Shown here: positions 53,589-61,916 of the stretch, piece by piece | Position numbering within the stretch: position 1 is the first letter of the stretch | How the letters are laid out: each line of letters starts with the position of its first letter | Assembly: GCA_964518755.1 (NCBI GenBank) | Contig: CAZFHH010000001.1 | Coordinates: 1 to 61,916, forward strand | From: an uncultured Candidatus Saccharibacteria bacterium | Lineage (GTDB): Bacteria; Patescibacteriota; Minisyncoccia; Phycocordibacterales; Phycocordibacteraceae | DNA length: 61,916 bases | Reading direction: 5' to 3' | The notes under the pieces: model-generated | Told to the model about the DNA's origin: nothing | Seen by the model: only the letters and a program-made list of their open reading frames with translations | The model's database searches: none | Position numbers and translations under genes: made by a program

Positions 53589-56369
53589 ATGGAAGGAGTA
53601 CCACTGCGAACACCGGAAGAAGAGCTTGCGTATTTGCGTGAGCAGGTGCAACAAAAAGAAAGAGAGCTCGCTCAAAACGCGGTTGAGAACGGTGCCTCGG
53701 AAGAGGCACCGCAAGCACGCTTTGAGCGTGCGGCTGATGCTACGCTTGTCGCGCATCGCGCGGCGCCACCCGAAAATACCCTTGAAGAAAATTATCGCAT
53801 AACTGAAGACGAGGCGAGTAACAAGGCGCTCGGGCTTGATCCTGACAGTAACGATGACACGATGCTTGAGTTGCGTAGTATCATGGATGAACGGGGCATA
53901 AAAAATGCTTTTACAGTGTTGGGAAAACTCAATAATCCGCACATCACTGATGATTTCCATAGATTTTTGGTGCGCTATATTGCAGCCGGTTTTTTGCCAA
54001 AGGGACTTTCTGAAAAGGCGCCGGAATTCAAAGCGTTGCATATGGTGCTTTATGAGGTGCAGTTACCCGAATTCAAAAGTACGCAAGAAAATTCCCGAGA
54101 GAAACCACTCAAAGAAATGGTGTCTGTTATGGAGCAGTTTTATTCAGGACTACTTTCGGTTTCAGCGACAACGCCACAGGAGCCACCATACATAGTACTT
54201 GAAATGGCGGTACCTCTTGAAAGTGCCTTGCTTTCTTTTTATGTTGCCGTACCAAACGGGAAGCGGGATATGTTTGAAAAACAATTGCTTGCCATTTTTC
54301 CGTTGGCGCGTCTTTCGCTTCAGCCAAATGACTATAATATCTTTGTTGAAAATGGTACGACACTCATTTCAGAGGCACGCCTTACCACCGTTCCAATGCT
54401 GCCACTCAGAGATTACACAGAGTTTGACTATGACCCGCTTAATACTGTTCTGAGCGCATTTGCAAAAATTCAAGACAATGAAGAGGGTGCGGCATTGCAA
54501 ATAGTATTTTCACCGCAAGGTGAGCGATATGTGGCACACTATCGCAAGGTGTTGCAAGCTCTGCGCAAGGGCATGAAGCGCGGGAAAGCATTTAACATAC
54601 CAAGCACCACACTTGGTGAGGTGGGCAAAGAGTTCAAAGATTTTTTCTTTACTGGCAGTAAATCAAAGGAAGATGAGAGCAGGATTCGCGAAGAAGAAAA
54701 ACGACAAGCGGAGATAAATAAAAATGATATAGAGCAGCTTGAAAAGAAAATATCCACACCAATTGCCGGCGTATCTATGCGTCTTCTGGTTTCTTCTCCT
54801 GATGCCGGTCGCGCAGGGCAGGTCATTTCAGATATTGAATCGGCATTCAATCAATTTGATAATACATTGGGGAATCACCTGGAGTTTGCTCGTGTAAAAG
54901 AAAAGAAAATACATTCTGTTGCTGATGCATATTCGTTTCGTTTGCCCGGTGACCACCTTATGCCACTTTCACTTCGTGAGCTTTCAACTATGTATCATTT
55001 CCCGTCCACCGGCATCACTTCTTCACCGCATCTTAAGCAATCAAGATTTGCAACGGCGCCGGCTCCTGTTGATTTGCCAAAATCAGGAATACAAATTGGC
55101 GCCAACGTTGTACGTGGGCAAGAAATGCCAATATTTATTGATGACGAAGACCGTTTGCGACACCTTTATGTTATCGGTCAAACCGGTGCCGGTAAAACCG
55201 GTTTCCTAAAAACACTTATTGAACAAGATATGCGCGCCGGTCGTGGAGTATGTTTTATAGACCCGCACGGCAACGATATTTTGGACGTGCTCGCGGCGGT
55301 ACCTCCCGAACGGTATGACGATGTCATTTATTTTGATCCGGCATATCTTGACAGACCATTCGGGCTCAACATGCTTGAGTATGACCCGCAACGTCCGGAA
55401 CAAAAAACATTTATTGTGAATGAATTGTTCATGATATTTCGTAGCTTATATGGTGATGTGCCTGAAAGTATGGGCCCGGCGTTTGAACAGTATTTCAGAA
55501 ACTCCACCATGCTTATTATGGAAGATCCGGAATCCGGTTCAACCATGCTTGATATTGGAAGGGTTCTTTCTGACGATGCGTTTCGCAATATGAAACTTTC
55601 TCACAGTCATAATCCGGTAGTCAATCAATTTTGGACGGGCATTGCGACAAAAGCCGGTGGGGAAGCATCTCTTGAAAATATTGTTCCCTATATCACCAGC
55701 AAACTTGATGATTTTACCTCCAATGATTTTATGCGCCCGATTATTGGGCAACAAAATTCCTCTTTTGATTTCAGAGATATTATAGATAATAAAAAGATTT
55801 TATTGGTAAACCTTTCCAAGGGGCGATTGGGAGAACGCAACGCCAACCTGATTGGTCTCATCTTGGTGGGAAAGATATTTATGGCGGCGCTTTCTCGCGC
55901 CGATTCGCCCGGAGTTGATTTACCCCCGTTTTATTTCTACATTGATGAATTCCAAAATATCACTACAGATTCAATCCCGTCTATTCTTTCGGAAGCGCGC
56001 AAATATAAACTTTCACTCAATATCGCGCATCAATTCCTTGACCAGGTAAATGAAAAGACACGCGATGCTGTGTTTGGCAACGTTGGTAATATGGTCGTGT
56101 TCCGTGTTGGAGAAAAAGACGGTGAATTTTTCGCAAAACAATTTGCCCCGACTTTTTCAGCTCCTGATTTCATCAATATAGAAAATCGCAATGCGTATGC
56201 AAAGATTTTGGCTCGTGGAGTTCCACAGAAACCGTTTAATATCCGCACACTTAATCTTTCAGAGCGCAATCTCGCGCAAGTGGACGATTTAAGAGAGCTT
56301 TCGTATCTGACATATGGGCGCGACCGTGCAACCATTGAGGAAGAAATAAGAATACGATATCTCTCGTGA
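53589..56369 (+). CDS. VirD4/TraD-like P-loop ATPase with a ~490-aa N-terminal extension (paralog of 10636..12543)
   Basis: 926 aa from ATG 53589. The C-terminal half aligns with the other ATPase: LYVIGQTGAGKTGF...FIDPHG, FYFYIDEFQNI, ARKYKLSLNIAHQF...FGNVGNMVVFRV. The N-terminal half has no recognisable family. TATACT at 53575-53580. Confidence 0.7.
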   Translation: MEGVPLRTPEEELAYLREQVQQKERELAQNAVENGASEEAPQARFERAADATLVAHRAAPPENTLEENYRITEDEASNKALGLDPDSNDDTMLELRSIMDERGIKNAFTVLGKLNNPHITDDFHRFLVRYIAAGFLPKGLSEKAPEFKALHMVLYEVQLPEFKSTQENSREKPLKEMVSVMEQFYSGLLSVSATTPQEPPYIVLEMAVPLESALLSFYVAVPNGKRDMFEKQLLAIFPLARLSLQPNDYNIFVENGTTLISEARLTTVPMLPLRDYTEFDYDPLNTVLSAFAKIQDNEEGAALQIVFSPQGERYVAHYRKVLQALRKGMKRGKAFNIPSTTLGEVGKEFKDFFFTGSKSKEDESRIREEEKRQAEINKNDIEQLEKKISTPIAGVSMRLLVSSPDAGRAGQVISDIESAFNQFDNTLGNHLEFARVKEKKIHSVADAYSFRLPGDHLMPLSLRELSTMYHFPSTGITSSPHLKQSRFATAPAPVDLPKSGIQIGANVVRGQEMPIFIDDEDRLRHLYVIGQTGAGKTGFLKTLIEQDMRAGRGVCFIDPHGNDILDVLAAVPPERYDDVIYFDPAYLDRPFGLNMLEYDPQRPEQKTFIVNELFMIFRSLYGDVPESMGPAFEQYFRNSTMLIMEDPESGSTMLDIGRVLSDDAFRNMKLSHSHNPVVNQFWTGIATKAGGEASLENIVPYITSKLDDFTSNDFMRPIIGQQNSSFDFRDIIDNKKILLVNLSKGRLGERNANLIGLILVGKIFMAALSRADSPGVDLPPFYFYIDEFQNITTDSIPSILSEARKYKLSLNIAHQFLDQVNEKTRDAVFGNVGNMVVFRVGEKDGEFFAKQFAPTFSAPDFINIENRNAYAKILARGVPQKPFNIRTLNLSERNLAQVDDLRELSYLTYGRDRATIEEEIRIRYLS

Positions 56370-56425
56370 TGATGCATCAGTGGAGATTTCTATAAAATAG
56401 TGTGCCTGGATGGTGCAATATATAG

Positions 56426-56431
56426 TATAAT
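56426..56431 (+). promoter_or_regulatory. TATAAT box 7 nt upstream of the ATG at 56438
   Basis: AGTATAATAAATGTATG. Leaderless-type spacing. Confidence 0.4.
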
Positions 56432-56437
56432 AAATGT

Positions 56438-58735
56438 ATGCACGAAAAACCGCCACAACGAAAAGCGAAAACGCACGAAAAAGTTATCATTCACACTCGC
56501 GAAGAGAAGCCCGTGGCATCAGCGAGTAAGGAGAGTGCTCGTGCAAATAAAGCGACTCACACGAAAGTTGAATCACCGGAAAGAATTCGTATGCGTGAAG
56601 ATGTTTCCGATGCCAGAGCAAAAATGATTGTTGCCGAGTCGGCATATCTGCGTGCGGTGCGACTCAACCAAAAAGGTCATTCAACCGAAACGCACAAGGG
56701 TCGCGTGAGTGAACTGCGTGACGTATACGACCAATCTCGTGCTGATTTTTCAAACAAAGTAAATGAATCTGTTCGGACACGCTTGAATGAAAGTGAGTTC
56801 GGTATGACGTTTGTCATGAAAGATGATCCTGGGGAAACCGTTATAAAAAAAGTATCTTACACTGAGGCACAGAAAAAAGAAATTGAACGCCGGCATAATA
56901 GTATGGTGCTTACGCGTGATACCATTGATCGCGCGCATGACAGGAGTGTGGAAGCGCTTATGGGTAATGAGCGAGGAATATTCAAAAAAGTCTTTGGGTG
57001 GTATGCTCGTGCGAATAATCGCATGGAAACGAAAATAGCACGACTCATAACACGAAGAGCATATGAGTATCTCCCGCAAGAAGAAAAAAGTAAGAAACTG
57101 AAAACGGCGCGGAGAATTACTCGCGGGTTGCGCATTCTTACCTTTGCCGGTATCGGTGGTCTTGCCGGAGGTATCGCCGGTGCTGGGTATTATTTGTTTC
57201 GCTACATAGGCAGTGTTTTGTTGGGTTCTTTTGCCGGCAAAGGTGTTGGCAAGCACTTTATGAAAACCAAAGGCGCGCAACGTGCGCAGGACCTTGCTGG
57301 GGAACGCAAAAAGATTGATTCGGCATCAATTAAGTCTATAAGGGCTTTGGATTTGGCATACAAAAAGGGGTCGCCTGATGCGATTGAGAAAAGTCGCCGG
57401 AGGCGCGAGATGTTCACTGCGGTTCTTCTCGGCGCCGGGGCTTCCATCGGGTCCGCGGACATTCTAAGCAGGTTGCCTGTAATGGACGCTGTTGAGAAAA
57501 GTATGAGCCGATTACCATCTGCTTCTCACGGCATTGCAACCACCATCACAGACGAAACGCATTCGGCGATGCACAGCATTGGCGACTCAGCCTCAGACGA
57601 AGCTGAGAAATTGTTGGGAGATATATACAATGCGACCGCTCCTTCTTCGCATGGCGCCGCAACTGTCGGCGCGGCACACTCGGCAGCTATTTCCGCCACG
57701 CACGAATCATCCGCATCGGTGGCATCATCGGCATCGGCTACGTCGGTATCACATTTGGCACACGCTCCGGTTGCGCATGGTGCGCTTGCATCTGCGTCGC
57801 GTGTGGGAGTTGCTCCGGAAACGTTTGCCGGTGGTGCGCCGGGGCATGGGCTCGCCCCCGCCCACGCCGGCGGAGCCGGCGTGGGCGGGGGCTCTCCAGA
57901 CCGAGCGTTTGAGTCATATCAAACGCAACCCGATACTGCAATCGTCATTCCGTTTGCACCGCATTCCGGTGTTGCTTCCGCCGTTGCGCATCATGCCTCC
58001 GCAACACCGCATGAGGCACTAGCCACTCATGCCACTCATGCCACTCATGCGAATGCCGGCTCACCGTCGCAACACGATATATATTTGCGTGATGGTGAAG
58101 GACACATCGTTCATGATGGTTTCGGTCAGCCGGTGTATGCGGGGGCGGCGCCTCACGCCACACACATACCGACGCCCGCACATATTCCGCAAAACCCCAT
58201 CGTACATATGGAGAACATATCCGGAGCTCATGCCATTGCGGAATTACACAGCGAACTCGCGACGCACATGAATGAGCCAATAGCTGAAGTGCTGTACGGG
58301 AAAGGTTCTCCCGTACTATCAAAAGTTCATGAGCAAATTGTTGCCGTTGTATCACAGTCGGGTGTTGGACCTGCCAATAATGAAACCATTGCGCACTTTC
58401 TTACACGGGCGCAGGAAAGTATCGCGACACACGCCTCAAGCGCAGAGCATCTCATCGGTATGCATAACCTACACGTACCGATTCACAAAACTTTTTTGTA
58501 TGGGACACCAAATGGAAACGTAGTTGCTTTCGGTGGCGATTTTAATGCGCGTGCCATGCTGGCATATGAGTATCTTAGCGGTCATCCGGGGGCACACGTC
58601 TTAGCTGAGAATGTTGCCGGTACTCGGGTAATTGACATGTCTTCCACTCAGACAATCGTCGGGAAGGTTATGACTACCTCACGTCCAGGAACGTTTATCC
58701 CACCACTGCAATTCGCAGAGAATATAAAACCTTAA
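56438..58735 (+). CDS. Large hypothetical membrane protein (basic coiled-coil N-terminus, central TM helices, Ala/His/Gly-rich low-complexity region, C-terminal globular part)
   Basis: 765 aa. Hydrophobic segments LRILTFAGIGGLAGGIAGAGYYLF and FTAVLLGAGASIG. Region ~370-560 is A/H/S/G-rich. No family recognised. Confidence 0.6.
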   Translation: MHEKPPQRKAKTHEKVIIHTREEKPVASASKESARANKATHTKVESPERIRMREDVSDARAKMIVAESAYLRAVRLNQKGHSTETHKGRVSELRDVYDQSRADFSNKVNESVRTRLNESEFGMTFVMKDDPGETVIKKVSYTEAQKKEIERRHNSMVLTRDTIDRAHDRSVEALMGNERGIFKKVFGWYARANNRMETKIARLITRRAYEYLPQEEKSKKLKTARRITRGLRILTFAGIGGLAGGIAGAGYYLFRYIGSVLLGSFAGKGVGKHFMKTKGAQRAQDLAGERKKIDSASIKSIRALDLAYKKGSPDAIEKSRRRREMFTAVLLGAGASIGSADILSRLPVMDAVEKSMSRLPSASHGIATTITDETHSAMHSIGDSASDEAEKLLGDIYNATAPSSHGAATVGAAHSAAISATHESSASVASSASATSVSHLAHAPVAHGALASASRVGVAPETFAGGAPGHGLAPAHAGGAGVGGGSPDRAFESYQTQPDTAIVIPFAPHSGVASAVAHHASATPHEALATHATHATHANAGSPSQHDIYLRDGEGHIVHDGFGQPVYAGAAPHATHIPTPAHIPQNPIVHMENISGAHAIAELHSELATHMNEPIAEVLYGKGSPVLSKVHEQIVAVVSQSGVGPANNETIAHFLTRAQESIATHASSAEHLIGMHNLHVPIHKTFLYGTPNGNVVAFGGDFNARAMLAYEYLSGHPGAHVLAENVAGTRVIDMSSTQTIVGKVMTTSRPGTFIPPLQFAENIKP

Positions 58736-58746
58736 TCACACCCAAC

Positions 58747-59070
58747 ATGAACACGCAAACGCAATCCGGCTCACTTATTGACATGGTCATTTCCACGTTG
58801 CATCTATCTGATTATGCTCCGGAACAGCAGGAGGAACTTCTTGATAGATTTTCTGCTATACTGTTTGAGGATCTCATGGCGCGCTTCGTATTGCGTATGA
58901 CATCATCATCGCGCACTGAATTTTATTCACTTTTGGACCACGATATCTCCGAGAAGAAATTGATGTTGTTTATCGAGAATAATGTGCCTGATGTTGATGA
59001 GGCAACACGAGAAGCACTGCAAGATTTTACACAGGAAGTTTCCGAATTGGGCGAGCATGAGGTACACTAA
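58747..59070 (+). CDS. Small hypothetical acidic protein
   Basis: 107 aa. Starts 11 nt after the previous stop. Confidence 0.5.
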   Translation: MNTQTQSGSLIDMVISTLHLSDYAPEQQEELLDRFSAILFEDLMARFVLRMTSSSRTEFYSLLDHDISEKKLMLFIENNVPDVDEATREALQDFTQEVSELGEHEVH

Positions 59071-59102
59071 AGTTATACATCTTAATTTTTTAATCAATAC
59101 TT

Positions 59103-59645
59103 ATGAATAATACTTCCATTGCAACAGGTATCGCAGTCGCGATTGCACTTATCATCGTCATCGCCTCGTTCTTTTTTGGTATAAATATCTTTTCGCTTTT
59201 CTCTTCCTCCCCACGTTCTTCCACGCAAACAACGGAAACAACCTCCGCGCCATCAGCGAAAACATCCGCCCAAAAGTTTTCCGGTACTTCGGCACCTCTT
59301 CCAGCAGTTAAAAAACTTTCAATAACAGACGCCGTTGTCGGAACCGGTGTGGTTGCCAAGCCCGGTGATACCATCTCGGTACAATATGTTGGTAAGTTTA
59401 CAGATGGGAAAGTGTTTGATTCTTCGCAAGCGCACGGAGGCAAACCGTTTTCGTTTGTTCTTGGTGCAGGGAAAGTAATTAAGGGATGGGATGAAGGGCT
59501 CGTTGGAATGAAGGTTGGCGGAACGCGCCTTTTGGCAATTCCGCCGGCGCTCGGGTATGGCAGTCGCACTTTCGGTCCCATTCCGGCAAACTCATCGCTT
59601 GTCTTTGAAGTGAAGCTTTTGAACGTTGTCACTCCTAAAAGATAA
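59103..59645 (+). CDS. FKBP-type peptidyl-prolyl cis-trans isomerase with N-terminal membrane anchor
   Basis: 180 aa. TM helix IAVAIALIIVIASFFFGI. FKBP core GDTISVQYVGKFTDGKVFDSS...FVLGAGKVIKGWDEGLVGMKVGG...LVFEVKLL. Confidence 0.88.
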   Translation: MNNTSIATGIAVAIALIIVIASFFFGINIFSLFSSSPRSSTQTTETTSAPSAKTSAQKFSGTSAPLPAVKKLSITDAVVGTGVVAKPGDTISVQYVGKFTDGKVFDSSQAHGGKPFSFVLGAGKVIKGWDEGLVGMKVGGTRLLAIPPALGYGSRTFGPIPANSSLVFEVKLLNVVTPKR

Positions 59646-59667
59646 TCACAACACCACAGGCAATATA

Positions 59668-59710
59668 TCAAACATGACCTTGCAAGTTAAACTTGCAAGG
59701 TCATGTTTGA
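59668..59710 (+). terminator. Hairpin terminator after the FKBP gene (inner part of a nested inverted repeat)
   Basis: TCAAACATGACCTTGCAAGTT / AACTTGCAAGGTCATGTTTGA. Confidence 0.6.
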
Positions 59711-59814
59711 TTATGCAAAGTTAGTGAGTATATTGCCTGTTGCATTGCAATTATTTTCTGTACCTAAAACGCATTTAGTAGATAAGAATCGTTTTTCTTG
59801 GTACTCTTTGTTTT

Positions 59815-61029
59815 ATGGACGATTTCTTTTCAATTGAAGCACACGATGGTATCGCACGTGCCGGAAACTTAAAAACACCGCACGGCACAATACAAACTCC
59901 CGCGTTTATTCCCGTTGCAACGCAGGCGAGCGTGAAGGGCGTTTCTCCACAGTCAATGCGCTCCATTGGAGCGCAAGCACTTCTTGCGAACACATATCAT
60001 TTATATTTGCGTCCGGGGTCGCAAATTGTGCATGATGGAGGTGGAGTGGGTACATTTATGAACTGGAGCGGACCAACGGTAACTGATTCAGGAGGTTTCC
60101 AAGTATTCTCGCTTGGTGCTGCTTTTGGAAAAAATATCACAAAGATTTCGCAAGGTCTTGAAATGCCAAATAATCATGATGTATCAGTGTATGACGAAAG
60201 TGTTGCCAGTCAGCATGGGCAACTGGCGATTATTGATGAGCAGGGCGTTACGTTCACTTCGCATTTAGATGGTTCGTTGCACAGGTTTACTCCGGAGCGC
60301 TCCGTTGAAATTCAGCATGCTCTTGGTGCTGATATATTTTTTGCATTTGATGAATGTACGGCGCCAACCGATGGGTATGAATATCAGCGAAGTGCAATGG
60401 AGCGCACACATCGGTGGGCGATGCGTTCTCTTGCGGCGCACCGCCTTAATCTTTCGGCGAGAAAGACGCAGGCAATTTTCGGTATTGTGCAGGGAGGACG
60501 TTTTGAAGATTTACGTAAAGAGAGTGCCAAAGAAATTGCATCAATGGGTTTTGATGGGTTTGGCATAGGTGGTTCATTTGGAAAGGAAGATATGCGCGGG
60601 GCGTTGCAAGCGGCGGTTGACAATCTCCCGGAAGATAAACCACGTCACTTTCTTGGCATCGGTGAGCCGGGGGATATTTTGCTTGGTATTGAAAACGGCA
60701 TGGATTTATTTGATTGTGTTGCAGCGACAAGACAGGGAAGGCATGGCACAATATACACGCGCCGCGGACTAATTCATTTGAAAAACGAGCAATATAAAAA
60801 TGATTTTACACCACTTGATGATGAGGTGATTGTTCCGGGCACCGAAGGGTTTACTCGTGCGTACGTAGCACATCTTTTGCGCGCAGGTGAAATGTTTGGG
60901 GCGTCTATTGCCTCATTACACAATCTTGGATTTATACTTTCTCTTGTGGGCGGTGCGCGTAAGGCAATACTTTCCGGAAGTTTTGATGAGTATCGGGCGG
61001 ACTTTGCGCGCGATTATTACCACAGCTAG
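59815..61029 (+). CDS. tgt: tRNA-guanine transglycosylase (queuine/preQ1 tRNA-ribosyltransferase), atypical at the zinc site
   Basis: 404 aa. TPAFIPVAT, TDSGGFQV, GIGEPGD and LFDCVAATRQGRHG. The usual CxCxxC segment is replaced by VIVPGTEG. Confidence 0.85.
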   Translation: MDDFFSIEAHDGIARAGNLKTPHGTIQTPAFIPVATQASVKGVSPQSMRSIGAQALLANTYHLYLRPGSQIVHDGGGVGTFMNWSGPTVTDSGGFQVFSLGAAFGKNITKISQGLEMPNNHDVSVYDESVASQHGQLAIIDEQGVTFTSHLDGSLHRFTPERSVEIQHALGADIFFAFDECTAPTDGYEYQRSAMERTHRWAMRSLAAHRLNLSARKTQAIFGIVQGGRFEDLRKESAKEIASMGFDGFGIGGSFGKEDMRGALQAAVDNLPEDKPRHFLGIGEPGDILLGIENGMDLFDCVAATRQGRHGTIYTRRGLIHLKNEQYKNDFTPLDDEVIVPGTEGFTRAYVAHLLRAGEMFGASIASLHNLGFILSLVGGARKAILSGSFDEYRADFARDYYHS

Positions 61030-61033
61030 ACCC

Positions 61034-61091
61034 AGAGCCTTATCCCGTGGTTGTGAAGGCATACGCCTTCACAACCACGGGATAAGGCTCT
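61034..61091 (+). terminator. 58-nt perfect hairpin (27-bp stem) after tgt
   Basis: AGAGCCTTATCCCGTGGTTGTGAAGGC-atac-GCCTTCACAACCACGGGATAAGGCTCT. Confidence 0.6.
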
Positions 61092-61127
61092 CCTCAACAT
61101 CGCAAAAATCCTAGCAATGTCATAATT

Positions 61128-61178
61128 GTGTGGTATTGTGTTGAAAGTATTCGGAAGTTCGGCATCGTGCCGAACTTG
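61128..61178 (+). repeat. Copy 1 of a conserved module: promoter-like GTGTGGTATTGTGTTGAAAGTATT plus hairpin
   Basis: 24 nt are identical to 61669-61692. This is followed by hairpin AAGTTCGGCA-tcg-TGCCGAACTT. Confidence 0.75.
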
Positions 61179-61208
61179 TTCATTGAAAGCACAAAAGAGG
61201 TGAGTCCA

Positions 61209-61598
61209 ATGAATACACAAGAGATTCTTTTTGTCGTGTTTTGGATTGTGGCAGTATCCGCGATGTGTGTGTTCGCGGATGGCATGGTAAAGGAGCATCT
61301 GAAAGGCATACGAAAAGATACCGTCAACAGTATAGCGGTTGGGATACTGTTGTTTGCAACCATTATGGAGGCTGGAGTTGTGATTCTCGGTGGATTTGGT
61401 CATGTTATATCCACCGCCATAATCATATCCCTTGTCCTCGTTATTGTGGTGATAGCAATAGGTGCTTATCTCATCGCTGGTGGACAAAGGAATAAGCGTC
61501 TGTTTGTTGCCGGGGCTGTCGTGGTCGTGGTGTACATGCTTAGCATGGTGGTGGGAATGAGTACATTTCTATTCCGATTTCTTTCCACCTGCGCATAA
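61209..61598 (+). CDS. Small polytopic membrane protein (hypothetical)
   Basis: 129 aa from ATG 61209, with four hydrophobic segments. The ORF-track start at 61128 lies in the repeat module. Confidence 0.55.
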   Translation: MNTQEILFVVFWIVAVSAMCVFADGMVKEHLKGIRKDTVNSIAVGILLFATIMEAGVVILGGFGHVISTAIIISLVLVIVVIAIGAYLIAGGQRNKRLFVAGAVVVVVYMLSMVVGMSTFLFRFLSTCA

Positions 61599-61668
61599 AA
61601 AGAAAAAGAAAAAGTATCTATTGATTTTTTGTCCCGTGGCATAAGGAAATCTCGCGCCTTCTTATGCC

Positions 61669-61722
61669 GTGTGGTATTGTGTTGAAAGTATTTGGAGGTT
61701 CGGCACAGGTGCCGAACCTCCA
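61669..61722 (+). repeat. Copy 2 of the promoter-like plus hairpin module
   Basis: GTGTGGTATTGTGTTGAAAGTATT, then TTGGAGGTTCGGCA-cag-TGCCGAACCTCCAA. The stem differs from copy 1 by a compensatory A>G / T>C pair. Confidence 0.75.
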
Positions 61723-61813
61723 ATAAACGGCTCCGTACCCTTCACCCCACGCTGTCTGCATTACGGACTCGTGGGGTTTATATATATTTGCCCGCCGTAT
61801 CTTTTCCCAGAAC

Positions 61814-61916
61814 AAAGGGGTCAGACCCCTTTTCTCCACCGATAGATTGGCTTTACAGTCAAACAAAGGGGTCAGACCCCTTTTCTCCAGACCCCTTTTC
61901 TCCACCGATAGATTGG
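61814..61916. repeat. REP cluster at the window end (two full REPs plus a half site; 25-nt direct repeat CCCCTTTTCTCCACCGATAGATTGG)
   Basis: AAAGGGGTCAGACCCCTTTT at 61814 and 61865. The direct repeat is at 61826-61850 and 61892-61916. Confidence 0.85.

Noticed and set aside
43633-56369. Numerous 60-250-aa ORFs antisense to or nested within secA, obg, gatB, ftsH and the ATPase genes (for example 45037..45774, 45495..46082, 51856..52464)
   Set aside because: They lie entirely within long, well-supported genes with strong family motifs. They have no independent start context or recognisable domains.
61194-61203. AAAGAGGTGA upstream of ATG 61209 as a Shine-Dalgarno site
   Set aside because: It is the only clearly SD-like element seen before a start codon in the window. 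It is not complementary to the inferred 16S tail (GAUCAUAUCCAAA) and is probably coincidental, though it is a counter-example worth re-checking if the mature 16S end turns out to contain CCUCC.
61618-61905. ORF 61618..61905(-) (MEKRGLEKRGLTPLF...) as a gene
   Set aside because: Its repetitive peptide is just the translation of REP units; the same applies to the REP-encoded 5' extension of ORF 14157.

Overview
This 61.9-kb chromosomal window comes from a small-genome bacterium. It resembles a Candidate Phyla Radiation / Patescibacteria-type organism. That assignment is an inference from four things: an interrupted 16S gene, starts that lack Shine-Dalgarno sequences, lamin-tail/PKD surface proteins, and orphan VirD4/TraD-like ATPases. 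No database search was possible. The window opens inside the 3' end of a 16S rRNA gene that carries a 294-nt insert without an ORF just before helix 45. A long hairpin, a lone tRNA-Ile(GAU) and protein genes follow, with no 23S gene. Housekeeping genes are murD-murI-murC, murB, rsmI, yvcK-like, secA, obg, gatB, smpB-ssrA (tmRNA), ftsH, an FKBP isomerase and tgt. The accessory content is large: (1) a REP-associated tyrosine transposase (RAYT) flanked by inverted GGGGTC(A/T)GACCCC REP units, with REP clusters at three further loci, one of which supplies the last codons and stop of murC; (2) two paralogous soluble VirD4/TraD-like P-loop ATPases, each followed by a large membrane-anchored or surface protein, one of them lamin-tail + PKD; (3) Doc and YafQ toxin-antitoxin pairs, a decayed hicB/hicA-like pair, and an NYN-domain cassette inserted into the 5' end of a glycosyltransferase gene with a 36-bp direct repeat; (4) a visibly AT-rich island of about 15 kb on the minus strand, encoding a fucose-containing and apparently sulfated glycan pathway with Wzm/Wzt ABC export; (5) a lysine-rich histone-H1-like gene built from perfect 48-bp tandem repeats, with a SET-domain methyltransferase 5 kb away in an AT-rich islet just downstream of ssrA. 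Intergenic regions are punctuated by unusually long perfect hairpins (20-27 bp) belonging to several repeat families. All product calls rest on motifs I recognised by eye in the supplied translations.
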